Shown here one piece after another: positions 31,787-42,029 of a stretch of DNA of 64,000 nucleotides. The position numbers were made by a program, and so were the translations under genes. The first letter of the stretch is position 1, and every line of letters begins with the position of its first letter. Origin of the DNA: Candidatus Heimdallarchaeota archaeon. Lineage in GTDB: Archaea; Asgardarchaeota; Heimdallarchaeia; Heimdallarchaeales; Heimdallarchaeaceae. The stretch covers positions 96,001 through 160,000 of the forward strand of contig JAHLWR010000003.1 in the NCBI GenBank assembly GCA_019057815.1, read 5' to 3'. The notes below the pieces were generated by a model. It made no database searches. It was not told where the DNA came from and worked only from the letters and a program-made list of their open reading frames with translations.

Positions 31787-32344
31787 TTAAAACCTCAACT
31801 CACTTAAGAATTTTCGTATATTCTTCTTTCTTCTAAGAATAACAACGCTTTCTTTACTCAATATTTGACTTATTTCTTCTAGTAGTTTCTTATATCCTCG
31901 TTTTTTGAATCTAAATGCATATTTTGCTAGTTCAACAAAACTCTTGAAAAAATACTCTTTATTTTCATTTTCCTCTATACGTGATGGAAGACGAGAAATT
32001 TTTCCTAATCTTATTTTTGTACTTCTTCCCAAAGTACGCACAAGAAGCCTCCATAGTATTAGAAGTAAAGGTGGATTTAGTATTATAGCGTGAGTGACTC
32101 TATCTAATATCCTTTCTCGGACTTTCGAATAATTCCCATCAATAATCCATTTCTTATCTGTAGTTATATCCTTAACTTGATTCTGAAAAATTTCTGCAGG
32201 AGCCATTTTCCATTCAGCTTCCCAGAAAAGGTCATCTAGGTGATAAACAGGAATATCTAAGAGATCAGATAAAATTATTGCGAATGTTGATTTCCCAGAA
32301 CAAGTACTTCCAAAAACTGCTATTCTATCCATTCTCCTAGTCAC
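31787..32344 (-). CDS. Adenylate-kinase-like P-loop protein (FlaR/topology-modulation family)
   Basis: GSTCSGKST, HLDDLFW, WIIDGNY. Confidence 0.85.
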   Translation of the reverse strand: MTRRMDRIAVFGSTCSGKSTFAIILSDLLDIPVYHLDDLFWEAEWKMAPAEIFQNQVKDITTDKKWIIDGNYSKVRERILDRVTHAIILNPPLLLILWRLLVRTLGRSTKIRLGKISRLPSRIEENENKEYFFKSFVELAKYAFRFKKRGYKKLLEEISQILSKESVVILRRKKNIRKFLSELRF

Positions 32345-32708
32345 TAGAGATACAATAATGAGTGGGTTAATAACTATTTTTTAAAGATAAAAAGGAATTA
32401 GGAAGATGTTTAGAGTTTTATTAAGTTGATTTCTACTTTCTTCTTTGATACTCCTAGCTTATTACAACTACCAGCCACACCAGAAAAAATCCTAAACCAA
32501 TGATTGAAGAAACTTCTTGAAGATATACTTTCAAGTATGTTGATTAGCTAATGAGACAAATAAAGTGTTGTTTTGCAAGTATTAAACAAAATAAAACAGT
32601 TAAAAAACAGAGATTATTTTGAAGAACATCTTTTTAGTCCCACAAAATTTATTCCAATTTTATCTTGGATTAAAGAAAATTTTATCGCTTAATTATAAAC
32701 AGTAATTA

Positions 32709-32906
32709 TTATACTTGTTTTACATTAGTTGCTTGATTTCCTCTATCGGTTTCTTCAATATCGAATTCAACTTCGTTCCCTTCTTTAAGGTCATCAAATT
32801 CACCTGTGAATCCGGAACGATGGAAGAAGAGATCTTTTTCTTCTCCTTCAACAGTGATAAAACCGTAATTTCTATCTGAATATATTCTTTTTACAGTTCC
32901 TTTCAT
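32709..32906 (-). CDS. csp: Cold-shock domain protein
   Basis: KGTVK, YGFI (RNP1), LFFH (RNP2), L.EG..VEF, A.NV; AGGAG RBS. Confidence 0.95.
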   Translation of the reverse strand: MKGTVKRIYSDRNYGFITVEGEEKDLFFHRSGFTGEFDDLKEGNEVEFDIEETDRGNQATNVKQV

Positions 32907-32941
32907 GTTATTAACTCCTATTATTTATTTTTGTAACTAGT

Positions 32942-32962
32942 TTGAATCTTTGTGAGATTCAA
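32942..32962 (-). promoter_or_regulatory. Perfect 8-bp hairpin in the csp 5' leader
   Basis: ttgaatct-ttgtg-agattcaa, 36 nt upstream of the csp start. Confidence 0.45.
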
Positions 32963-33280
32963 CCTCTAACTAAAAACTCGCTAATCAGATTTTATTTAAT
33001 ATTCTACTGAACAAAACAAAAATCTAACTAAATAATTTTTAATTGTCAAAGAAGGTTAGAATGATATCCTAATAAACTATGTGATTAAGACAAATTAACT
33101 AAAGTAATTCTACAGCCTTGTATTCCTTGTAAGAACACATAATGGATATTGTAACTCATTCTCTGAAGTTTCTCGTCTTTTTGAGTTTTTTCATATAACT
33201 TCTCTCTTGGGGGAAATTTTCTGATTACTATAGTTATTTTAACAGAGAAAGAATTTTAATTAACCAATCTTACAAGTAAG

Positions 33281-34528
33281 ATGTGCATGATTAAGATAAG
33301 AAAGAATGCGATGAAATTTTGTTTTTTATCATTTGTATTAACATTATCTATTTGTTTAAATTCAGACAATCTAAAAATATCGGATAGTGTTTCCATAAAT
33401 GTGTCTGCTTTCACAAATATTCCTAAAATTATTATTGCATCAAATGAAGACTTCCAGAACTATAATTTCTCTGGCGTAGGAAGCTATGATAATCCTTACA
33501 TTATAAATGGATATGAGATATTAGACAGTGGGATAGGCATCACTATTAGTAATACTACTGAAAATTTTGTCGTTTCTAACTGCAAAATCGAAAGTGTTTC
33601 TTCAGGTTATGGTATCTTCATCTACGATGTAAGTTCAAATTTCAGCATTGAAGGGTGCCTTATTAGTACTCAATATGAATGTATTAAAGTTTTCAACGTT
33701 ACAGCAGCTAATGTTAAAATAAACGCTAATACAGTCGGTAACAATGGAATTTCTGTGACATCAGGTATTCATGTGAAAAACTCCTCATTAATTACAATTT
33801 CTGGCAACTATTGTGAAAGAAATGCAAATGGAATCTTTGTTGAAATGTCTCATAACACTGTGATCGAAAACAACAGATGTCTAGATTCAACAATAAGAGT
33901 TGTCAGTTCAAATCTGACAACAATTGTCGATAACAGGTGTTTTAAGCTTTCAATTGCTTATTGCCACTTCTCATCGATTAACAATAACCTCTGTGATGGT
34001 AAAGAGACAATTAGTAATATTGTCTATATTGAACATAGTTCAAATCTCAACATTACAGATAATACTATCATCAACAGCTGGCAACTTGGATTTATGGGAT
34101 TTTATCTAGAAGACAGTCTAATAATATCAAATGTTTTTCAAGATAACCGTCAATATGGGCTTGCTCTGTTTTATGGTCCATATTATGAAGACATAGGTCA
34201 CAATATCATATATCTGAACTCGTTCTATCATAACAGTTATGAGGATGAAGTTTATGATTCGAACTCGCAAGCGTTCGATTATGGCAATAACACTTGGTAT
34301 AATGAAGAAACAAGTGAGGGGAATTATTGGTCAGACAGGGATAATGGAGAAACCTATTCCATAGATGGTATCAGTAACGCTTATGACCTCTTTCCATTAG
34401 ATAAACCTTCTAAACCCAAATATTCTGGATCTTTCCAATTAATGGTCTTTACTATAATAGGGCTTTTATCGATTGTTTTATGTAGAAAAAATAAAAAAGA
34501 ACAAAAGAAAAAAAGGTATAGTGTCTAG
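33281..34528 (+). CDS. Secreted right-handed beta-helix (NosD/CASH-like) surface protein with C-terminal membrane anchor
   Basis: Signal peptide, G.GS..NPYII, Asn-rich PbH1 repeats, GNYWSD...D.FPL, TM segment plus basic tail. Confidence 0.85.
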   Translation: MCMIKIRKNAMKFCFLSFVLTLSICLNSDNLKISDSVSINVSAFTNIPKIIIASNEDFQNYNFSGVGSYDNPYIINGYEILDSGIGITISNTTENFVVSNCKIESVSSGYGIFIYDVSSNFSIEGCLISTQYECIKVFNVTAANVKINANTVGNNGISVTSGIHVKNSSLITISGNYCERNANGIFVEMSHNTVIENNRCLDSTIRVVSSNLTTIVDNRCFKLSIAYCHFSSINNNLCDGKETISNIVYIEHSSNLNITDNTIINSWQLGFMGFYLEDSLIISNVFQDNRQYGLALFYGPYYEDIGHNIIYLNSFYHNSYEDEVYDSNSQAFDYGNNTWYNEETSEGNYWSDRDNGETYSIDGISNAYDLFPLDKPSKPKYSGSFQLMVFTIIGLLSIVLCRKNKKEQKKKRYSV

Positions 34529-34551
34529 CTATAATTCACCCTTCTTTATTC

Positions 34552-35049
34552 TTATAATGCTGCCCATTTAGCGAAGAAGAACAAGAATATTATTCCACCT
34601 GCTAGAATGATCAAACCATTCGTCAATAGAAACATGAAAGATGCGGTACCATTCATTGTTTTTCTTCCTTTTTCATTCTTCCACCAAAAATGGACAAGCG
34701 CTGATCCTTCCCAACCTTTTGGAAACAAATCAAGAAAGAGATGTGATGCATGCCCTATTAGATACATGGCAAAGATGGGTAAAAGAAATCTCATTTCTGT
34801 TGTCATAAAATAAATAGGAATGGTTAACAAAGCAGGAAGAATAAAAGAATGTGTAAGAATATTCCTATGAGGTAATAGTTTTTTCCATAAAATATCATAA
34901 TCTGGTAATTGTGCACCAAATTGGCTTGAGAAGAAGGATAACATTATCCAGATAGAGTATTCAGTCAGTAATTCTCCGAACCAATAATAAAATCCAATTA
35001 TTAAAACCCAAAATAACGCTCCACCAATTATATGTCCTTTTCTATTCAT
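34552..35049 (-). CDS. Membrane-bound metal-dependent hydrolase (YdjM-like), paralogue of 29654
   Basis: MNRKGH, GAQLPD, HRNILTHS, SHLFLD; AGGTGA RBS before 35049. Confidence 0.85.
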   Translation of the reverse strand: MNRKGHIIGGALFWVLIIGFYYWFGELLTEYSIWIMLSFFSSQFGAQLPDYDILWKKLLPHRNILTHSFILPALLTIPIYFMTTEMRFLLPIFAMYLIGHASHLFLDLFPKGWEGSALVHFWWKNEKGRKTMNGTASFMFLLTNGLIILAGGIIFLFFFAKWAAL

Positions 35050-35298
35050 AATATCACCTATGATATTGCATACTATTACAAGTTTATTTTTAAAGACTAC
35101 TATGCAAAATCGTGAAATATTCTCGATTAGGTAATAAAAACTCAAGAATGCATGAAACTTTAAATTTTCATATCTCCCTATATTTTTCCTTTTAGTAAAA
35201 CCTTAAAAATCTGTTTTAAATCTTTAAACATAAATATTTAATACCTATTGCGCAAATATAACTATCTAGAGGTTTTTACCTATCTTTGGTGGACAAAT

Positions 35299-36699
35299 AT
35301 GACAGAATTTCAACTTTCATTAATTACTGCATCTGGGCTCTTATTGGCCTCAAAACCTGAGTCTATTGACGAAACAAAGCAAATACTTGCTACTGGATTG
35401 ATGACTGCCTTACTTTCTTTTTCAGAAGAAGTTCATCATAGAGAATTACAATCTGTCTCATTCCATGACAGATTAGTATCATTCATAAGAATTAATGGTT
35501 TCATTCTAATTGTTGAAGCTGTTTCAGATGAAAGTGAACTTTCGATTATTGTCATAAATCAGATTCTCGAAAAAATTAAGCAGTCTATGAAAAATCTTCT
35601 GGAAGGAGCAGATTCAGAGTTATTATCAGAAGGAGAAGCTGCACTAATACTTGAACAATGTACGTTTGATATCCGGAATTTAAAACTCAAACTCACAGAT
35701 AAACCATTCAACAAAGCCGAAATCTCCACTTTTACAATTATTCACTCTGATAAAAAATGGGAAATAGAAAAAATAAAGGGTGAAGGACCCCAAATTTCAG
35801 ATGTGGCACAAATTTTAGATGCTCACAAAGTAAGTCAAACATCTCAAGGTTCATTGTTTCCGTTTATAGCACTTTTTCCTGAACAAAAATATGTAACTTG
35901 TAATATAGCTTATCCAGTTGGCAACAAAACAGGTGTAGGTGTTTTGAAGTTTCCCAACTTGCTTGACCATACATTGTTTAGACTTTTTCCAGTTTTAGAG
36001 AAACGATTGGCTGAAATGTCAACTCAAAAGATTGAATTCAATATTGATGATATTCTAGAAGAAATAAAAGAGATTGAGGATACAGGTAATCGATTATCTT
36101 TACTAAAAAAGGATAGTTTATCACCATCATTATTGTCAATTGTTGGGGGTAGAAATATAGGTAAAGCAATATATTCAGCAGTTATAGGCGAACCTATTTC
36201 TATTATTGGAGATAAACCTTCTGTGAAAATTATTATTGACACTCTATCGATATTCTGCCAACATCAAAAAATAAACGTAGACGAATGGGTTGTCGAAGAG
36301 TTGAGGAAAAAAGACAAATATAAATTAGAGGCTAGATTACATGGTATGTCTCAAAAAACCTATGATTCGCTATTAGAGCAAAAAATAGTAAAAAAGAAGA
36401 TGACATCAATGAATTTAGAATCAGCCAAAGTAACTGGAGCAAAAACAAGTCACTATTTCAAGAAAATTTTTGATGATAACAAACAAGAGAGCATTTCAAA
36501 GCTGTCAAGTGTAATAGGTAAAGAACTTGAAAATCTTGTTTCAATGTCCCTTATAATAACTTCTTTCTCTCTTGAAAGTATAAGCGACGGAAAGGAAAAA
36601 CTAAAAGAACTCGAACTAAACACGAAAAGTCCATTTCTTTTTCAGAAAGCATTGCTTTTAGCTGTCTCTAGAAACAAACTACTTAAGAATCTTCTTTAA
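35299..36699 (+). CDS. Longin plus DENN-like (folliculin-type) protein
   Basis: N-terminal Asgard longin (LITASGLLL...GLMTALLSFSEEV). C-terminal IGKAIYSAVIGEPISIIGD...IIDTLSIF resembles the cDENN of FLCN/SMCR8. Confidence 0.7.
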   Translation: MTEFQLSLITASGLLLASKPESIDETKQILATGLMTALLSFSEEVHHRELQSVSFHDRLVSFIRINGFILIVEAVSDESELSIIVINQILEKIKQSMKNLLEGADSELLSEGEAALILEQCTFDIRNLKLKLTDKPFNKAEISTFTIIHSDKKWEIEKIKGEGPQISDVAQILDAHKVSQTSQGSLFPFIALFPEQKYVTCNIAYPVGNKTGVGVLKFPNLLDHTLFRLFPVLEKRLAEMSTQKIEFNIDDILEEIKEIEDTGNRLSLLKKDSLSPSLLSIVGGRNIGKAIYSAVIGEPISIIGDKPSVKIIIDTLSIFCQHQKINVDEWVVEELRKKDKYKLEARLHGMSQKTYDSLLEQKIVKKKMTSMNLESAKVTGAKTSHYFKKIFDDNKQESISKLSSVIGKELENLVSMSLIITSFSLESISDGKEKLKELELNTKSPFLFQKALLLAVSRNKLLKNLL

Positions 36700-36780
36700 T
36701 CATTGTTTAATAGTTGTAATTAATTGGATGTTTGTTTTAAGGTCTACTTTCAAAAAGGGAGACTCTTTTAAAAGATACCT

Positions 36781-37023
36781 TATTATTAGATATCTCTTAT
36801 AACACCATTTCGTACTTATGCATTTCTAGGGATTATCTGAGTTACAATAGCTACTATATCGACCTTCCTTCAATTCTTATATATTCTTCTATTTTACTTC
36901 TGCTTAAACTGTATTAACTTCGCATGTCCTCTTAATCGTGTTTCAAAAGAAGTAAGAGTGAAATATATGGAAAAAAATCCTAAAATAAAGGAAGCTTGGG
37001 AAAAAGCTAACTTAAAAGGATAG
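36781..37023 (+). pseudogene. C-terminal remnant of a Cys-rich membrane protein
   Basis: TM segment followed by CLNCINFACPLNRV...NP.IKEAWE. In-frame stops at 36787 and 36838; no start codon. Confidence 0.6.
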
Positions 37024-37194
37024 AATCAGCTGAGATTTTATCTAGTCTGTAAGTTGACTTTAGTTATGATAAGCATTTTTAAAAGCTATTTTATAGTAAT
37101 TTAATCTAATTTATGCATTGCAAATAAATTAAACAATAAACATTTAAAGTAAAAGTGATATACTCACTATGGACTAAGTAATGGAGATTTCTGT

Positions 37195-40100
37195 ATGGGT
37201 CAAACATTCTTATGTAAAGTTAATGCAAATGTGATTATGGTATTGTTTTTATTTACATTATTAACGCCCTTCATGTTTCATGACTATTCAACTAATCATT
37301 TCAACCAAATACAGACAAATGATTCCAGATACAATGATATTTGGGATGATTCTTTTTACAATAAGTTAAAATTAGATTATACTCCAATAAATAGTCTAGA
37401 AAGAACCGGTAGTATATTTTCAATTGAAGACGATATATCAGTACATCAAGTTGATTCCTTAAGTCTAGGAAATGGCAGAACAGATCAATTCACAATCTCC
37501 GGATTAACAGGATATTATGTAGATAGTTTATCGTATGATATGACTATAACTGGTAAGAAGGATATATATGAACAAAGAGATGTTTCAAACAAGGATGAAG
37601 TTCTCACATCATCAAATATCAGAGTTGCTCAAGCTTTTGATGTTCCTTGGGATAACGCCGTATTTTATGGAGCAGAAGTTAATTTGATTATTGACACTCC
37701 TATTGGTGGAGATGAACTTGAACTATTCATTGTAAAAGCAAGAGCTTCAGATGAAAAACCAAATATGGATGACATCAGAACAAATGCTACAAATGACCCT
37801 TATACCTTTTTAAACCCTATCAATGTAAGCGTTGATAATAATTTAGTTTATTACGATTTTCATGATGTGGTGTTAGAACAAGGTAAATATTTTGTAGTGG
37901 CGAATCTTTCAAAGATTGATGGAAATGATGGAACAGGTTTCAATTGGAGAGGACAACAAATGTCATTATTTGGAGATAGCTATAATCATGATGGAACAGA
38001 CTGGGGGGATACATTATATAAAGATTTATGCTTAAATATTCAACTTATGCCTTCTTTTGCAAATGGCACAGCATTTGTTTTTTCTGATCCAACAACAATA
38101 AGTCTAGAAGATGGTGGACAACCCATTACTTCCCTTACACAAACAATATCTTCTACCGGAACTCACACTTTATCTGCTGATACTTATGTTGATGTTGATT
38201 TGAATAATAGTTATATTTTCACAAGAACATATAGTGGTTCTTCTAGTTTTCAAGTGACCAATTCTACTTTCAATGAAGAAAGTGTAGATTGGTATATCTC
38301 TTGGAGTATTGATGCAGTAGATTTTTCATCCTATTCAAATCCAACAAGGTCACATACTCTACTCACTCCAAATGACTGGAATGAAACGGCACTCTCCTTC
38401 CTACTAGATACTATAACTCCTCTGCCAGGACAAAAACTCACTAATGGTTTTACTGTAGATTTGGTAAGTCTCCTTTCAGGAAACACTTATACAAGTGGAG
38501 ACATTTCATTTTCAACAACAAGTACAAATTATCTTTACGATTATACTCTAACAGATGGTTTTTTTGAAACTACAATTTTTAACCTTGGTTATTGGACGTA
38601 TAATACTACTCATGCTATAGGATATGAAGGCTCAACTGTTTCAGTTGATATCCTGATTAAAGATTGTACGTTAGCAGATATCACAACAGGTGAACTAAAT
38701 TTCACAATTTATAATTCAACCGGAGAGGTAATTCCATTTAAAACTTCAATTTACGCTAATCTCTCATATACAGACACTTCCAATTACACTATACTCTCAA
38801 CTACGCAAACAAGTGCTGGATTATATGAAGTGAATACTACATTTGATCCTTCAGTATACGGAACAGATGTTGAAGGTTACTGGACTGCAGTTTACTACTG
38901 GAATAATGGTACAGAAGTAGGTTTCTTCTCCAAAAGGATTACTGTTATTAAAGATACAGAAGCTATATTTGAATGGGAAGAACTTCCTGCAAATGGTGAG
39001 TGGTTCAATAATTCATTACAGGACATAAGAAGAATAAATGGTCATGATATTAGTATTAGAGTAGTTTATTATCATTTAAGTGACCCATTTTTCACAGGAT
39101 ATGGTACTCTTATCTCTGGCGGTGAAGTGTTTTTTTCCACAAGTTGGGGTGATAGTGGAAATCTTGTTTTTGATTCACCTTATTATGAATATAGTATTCC
39201 TACAGATTTTCCCCCATCTGATCATTTTATTTACATTGAAGCGATGGGGCAATTTTTAGAAAATCACACAATTAATTTTGTAGTTAAAATACTGCACCAG
39301 TTCACAATAGAGAATTTACAAACTGTTTATTATACAAATTACACAAATGAAGCGATAATTGAATTTAGGGTACTGGATGTTTCAAACTCAAGTGTTCCGG
39401 TTCTTCCTGATAGTATGATTTTCTCTCATAATGGTACTTCAATAGATTCAGCTGATTATTCGACTAGAATTCTGGGTGATGATACAATAGAAATTACATT
39501 TGAGACTGTTTCAATTCTTTCAAGTATAGATTCTCATGATATCGGTATAACAATCTCTAAAGCAGGTTTTATAGCAAGCTATACTGAGAATGATGCTGAA
39601 TCAAGTGTATCGCTTTCGGTTCTGCCAATAGTAACAGAAATTGAGATAGTTAATAGTGTTAGTTCTATAAATTATAACAATCAAACAACAGTATCTTTCA
39701 GACTTATAGACACGAATCATTCAACACACTTAACAGGGGCAAATTTCGAAATCCATGCTGATATTGAAGGTGTTGAAATAACTAGTCATTCGGAAGATGA
39801 AGGGCTCTATTTCTTCGTTGTAACAGTTCATGAACCTTCTCTAAGTTCTGTTAACATTTTCCTTAATATTACTAAGGAGGGGTATGTAGCAAAACAGAAT
39901 TATTTATTGACTTCTATAGGTATTACACCGGGAAGCACACAAACTAGCACTTTACCCCCTGATGAAGGTGCTCCCCTATATATGTACTTACTTATTGCAT
40001 TCTTTGCAGCTATTATAATTGGTGGTTCTGCCTTCTATATTTTTCAACGTAGAAGAAGCACAGCTATTAGAGAGAAAAAGGAGATCTATAAACACATTAG

Positions 40101-40761
40101 CAGCATTTATCAAAGCGTTTTATCTCTCAAAAAATTAATTGTTGTTCATACTGAAACAAGTCTACCTATTTTTGAAATGGATTTCAGTTCAGAAATAGAA
40201 GTAGACCCTTCTCTTATCAGCGGTTTTCTCCAAGCTGTTTCTACTATAGGCGGTGAAATGGTAGGTAAAGAAAGTGGAGGAGTTAAAAGAATAGATTATC
40301 AGGATTTAACAGTCACTAGTACTCTGGGTGGTAGATTCGTTATTCACACTTTTTCAGATGGCGAACTGTATGAGCATATTGAGAATAGGTTATCGAAAAT
40401 TGTTCAATGGTTTTCATTAATGTTTGGGAGTTCAGTTGAAGATTGGGATGGTTCAACAGAGATTTTCAGATTGAATAAAGAAGGAATAGCAGAAAAAATA
40501 ATGGGTGAAATCTTTCTGTGGCTCTTTTATCCACTAGATATTACAACTAAAGGAGTAGAGAACCTTGAAAATATGAAAGACCTTGAAAAAAGAATTTTCA
40601 CATTTATGCAAGAAAATGGTTCTTCAACAATGAGTCGAATTATTGACATCTTGGATGATCTTGAGTTAGAGGAAACCTTGATAGTATTATTTGACTTAGT
40701 CGATAAAGGTTACATAAAACCTAATTATTCTGCTTACGATATTGTAACAATAAGACTCTAA
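37195..40761 (+). CDS. Large single-pass surface glycoprotein with cytoplasmic longin and winged-helix domains
   Basis: Signal peptide; about 900 aa beta-rich Ser/Thr/Asn-rich ectodomain; TM segment at about 39976-40044; then LIVVHTETSLPIF...LISGFLQAVSTIG (longin) and a C-terminal wHTH (LFDLVDKGYI). Confidence 0.85.
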   Translation: MGQTFLCKVNANVIMVLFLFTLLTPFMFHDYSTNHFNQIQTNDSRYNDIWDDSFYNKLKLDYTPINSLERTGSIFSIEDDISVHQVDSLSLGNGRTDQFTISGLTGYYVDSLSYDMTITGKKDIYEQRDVSNKDEVLTSSNIRVAQAFDVPWDNAVFYGAEVNLIIDTPIGGDELELFIVKARASDEKPNMDDIRTNATNDPYTFLNPINVSVDNNLVYYDFHDVVLEQGKYFVVANLSKIDGNDGTGFNWRGQQMSLFGDSYNHDGTDWGDTLYKDLCLNIQLMPSFANGTAFVFSDPTTISLEDGGQPITSLTQTISSTGTHTLSADTYVDVDLNNSYIFTRTYSGSSSFQVTNSTFNEESVDWYISWSIDAVDFSSYSNPTRSHTLLTPNDWNETALSFLLDTITPLPGQKLTNGFTVDLVSLLSGNTYTSGDISFSTTSTNYLYDYTLTDGFFETTIFNLGYWTYNTTHAIGYEGSTVSVDILIKDCTLADITTGELNFTIYNSTGEVIPFKTSIYANLSYTDTSNYTILSTTQTSAGLYEVNTTFDPSVYGTDVEGYWTAVYYWNNGTEVGFFSKRITVIKDTEAIFEWEELPANGEWFNNSLQDIRRINGHDISIRVVYYHLSDPFFTGYGTLISGGEVFFSTSWGDSGNLVFDSPYYEYSIPTDFPPSDHFIYIEAMGQFLENHTINFVVKILHQFTIENLQTVYYTNYTNEAIIEFRVLDVSNSSVPVLPDSMIFSHNGTSIDSADYSTRILGDDTIEITFETVSILSSIDSHDIGITISKAGFIASYTENDAESSVSLSVLPIVTEIEIVNSVSSINYNNQTTVSFRLIDTNHSTHLTGANFEIHADIEGVEITSHSEDEGLYFFVVTVHEPSLSSVNIFLNITKEGYVAKQNYLLTSIGITPGSTQTSTLPPDEGAPLYMYLLIAFFAAIIIGGSAFYIFQRRRSTAIREKKEIYKHISSIYQSVLSLKKLIVVHTETSLPIFEMDFSSEIEVDPSLISGFLQAVSTIGGEMVGKESGGVKRIDYQDLTVTSTLGGRFVIHTFSDGELYEHIENRLSKIVQWFSLMFGSSVEDWDGSTEIFRLNKEGIAEKIMGEIFLWLFYPLDITTKGVENLENMKDLEKRIFTFMQENGSSTMSRIIDILDDLELEETLIVLFDLVDKGYIKPNYSAYDIVTIRL

Positions 40762-40889
40762 AATAAATAGATAGAGCGAGATTAGAATGAGGTGAAATAA
40801 TACAAAAATTATTATTCGTAATCTGGACAACAAACAAAGGGATTTTTACACATATTATGATGAATCTTTAGCATTTCAAAATAAAAAAT

Positions 40890-41420
40890 TCATTCAGAAG
40901 TCTTCCTTTCCTTCTGTTTAACTAGAAAATTCGCCAATTTCTTAATGTCTTCTTTAGTGAAGTTTATTTTCCCTGTTGAATCAACTGTTACTGTACTTGG
41001 TTCTAGTTGAACCTTTTCTTCAATGGGTTGAATTTCTATTGTGGAAATGGTTTTTATTTCAAGAGTAGGAACTGTTCCAACAGCTCGAATTTCTGGAGGT
41101 GGTGGTGCAACTATTGGTGGTTCTTTACTGTCTGTTACAGAAGTTAGTTGTGTTTCCTCTTCTTCAGGTATTTTTGCTTCCCTGCTAGTTTTTTCAATTT
41201 CAAGAATCGGCAATGGAGCTTTTGGTGGCAAATCTATCTTCTGTTCTTCTTTCTTATCTGTTGATATTTCTGTTTGTATAACTTGTTCTTCAAGTAATGG
41301 TTCTGTAACTTCATCTAATTTAATTGGTTGAACTGCTTCTTCTTCTTCTTCTTTTGGTACCACAAGTTTTTTGTCTTCTTTTTTAGGTTTAGGTGGTTTT
41401 GGGGGTATATCTTCTGACAT
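40890..41420 (-). CDS. Low-complexity Pro/Glu/Lys-rich disordered protein
   Basis: PPKPPKP, LPPKAP and APPPP motifs; short C-terminal helix; GGTG RBS. Confidence 0.7.
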   Translation of the reverse strand: MSEDIPPKPPKPKKEDKKLVVPKEEEEEAVQPIKLDEVTEPLLEEQVIQTEISTDKKEEQKIDLPPKAPLPILEIEKTSREAKIPEEEETQLTSVTDSKEPPIVAPPPPEIRAVGTVPTLEIKTISTIEIQPIEEKVQLEPSTVTVDSTGKINFTKEDIKKLANFLVKQKERKTSE

Positions 41421-41673
41421 GTTAAAAACACCATGGAATCATTAAAGTAAGGTTTCACGTTAACAGAAATTTTGTTTTTAAATAATATTTTGTTATTGAC
41501 AATACTTTCTCTAAAAAAATAAAATAAAAAATAAGACGTTTTAAGCGTTTATGTTTTTATCTTCTACTTCTTCTAAAACAGCTAAAATAATAACAGTTGT
41601 CAATCTGCTAAGGAAATTAAAGAAACAAGACGAGGACAATATACTTAATACTTAGCTTTCTTTTGATAATTTC

Positions 41674-41955
41674 TTATTTTCTTTTACTGTTTAAATCTCG
41701 AGATAATTTGAAAACCACAGGATTTTTGTAATCAGGGCAACAAACTGTGCATGTGTCAGTGTTCTCTTCCCAAGGGAAATCTCCACCACTCTGTAAACCA
41801 AGAATGTATGGATAAAGGACAGTGAAAGCAGCAGGACATATTTTTCCCCTCTCTTCTGGAAAATTAAATTTATCACCAATTTCGTGTTTGCTGGGGCATT
41901 TCCCAGCTTCTAATATATTTACAACTTCTATAACTATTTTTTCGTACCAAGACAT
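41674..41955 (-). CDS. TIGR04076-like small Cys protein
   Basis: GKCP..H.IGD.F, ICP.AF, CCPD..NPVVFKL. Confidence 0.8.
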   Translation of the reverse strand: MSWYEKIVIEVVNILEAGKCPSKHEIGDKFNFPEERGKICPAAFTVLYPYILGLQSGGDFPWEENTDTCTVCCPDYKNPVVFKLSRDLNSKRK

Positions 41956-42029
41956 TTAAATCACTTTTTCTCTTTTTCTTTTATTTATGTTTTCACTCAA
42001 TAAAAAATGTTATTGAGATTCTAGCAAGT

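Noticed and set aside
32430-32550. Possible minus-strand membrane-protein remnant (VSSIIGLGFFLVWLVVVIS*)
   Set aside because: Too short and stop-interrupted to assign.
36838-36840. In-frame TGA as possible selenocysteine
   Set aside because: It lies in a hydrophobic segment of a remnant that also has a TAG stop, and no SECIS-like element was seen.
40790-40872. GAGGTGA RBS followed by a short frame KLLFVIWTTNKGIFTHIMMNL, reminiscent of a DsrE-like N-terminus
   Set aside because: No start codon and only about 21 codons; not supportable.
40890-40970. WH2-like actin-binding motif at the C-terminus of the Pro-rich protein
   Set aside because: An amphipathic helix is present but there is no convincing LKKT/LRRV-type motif.
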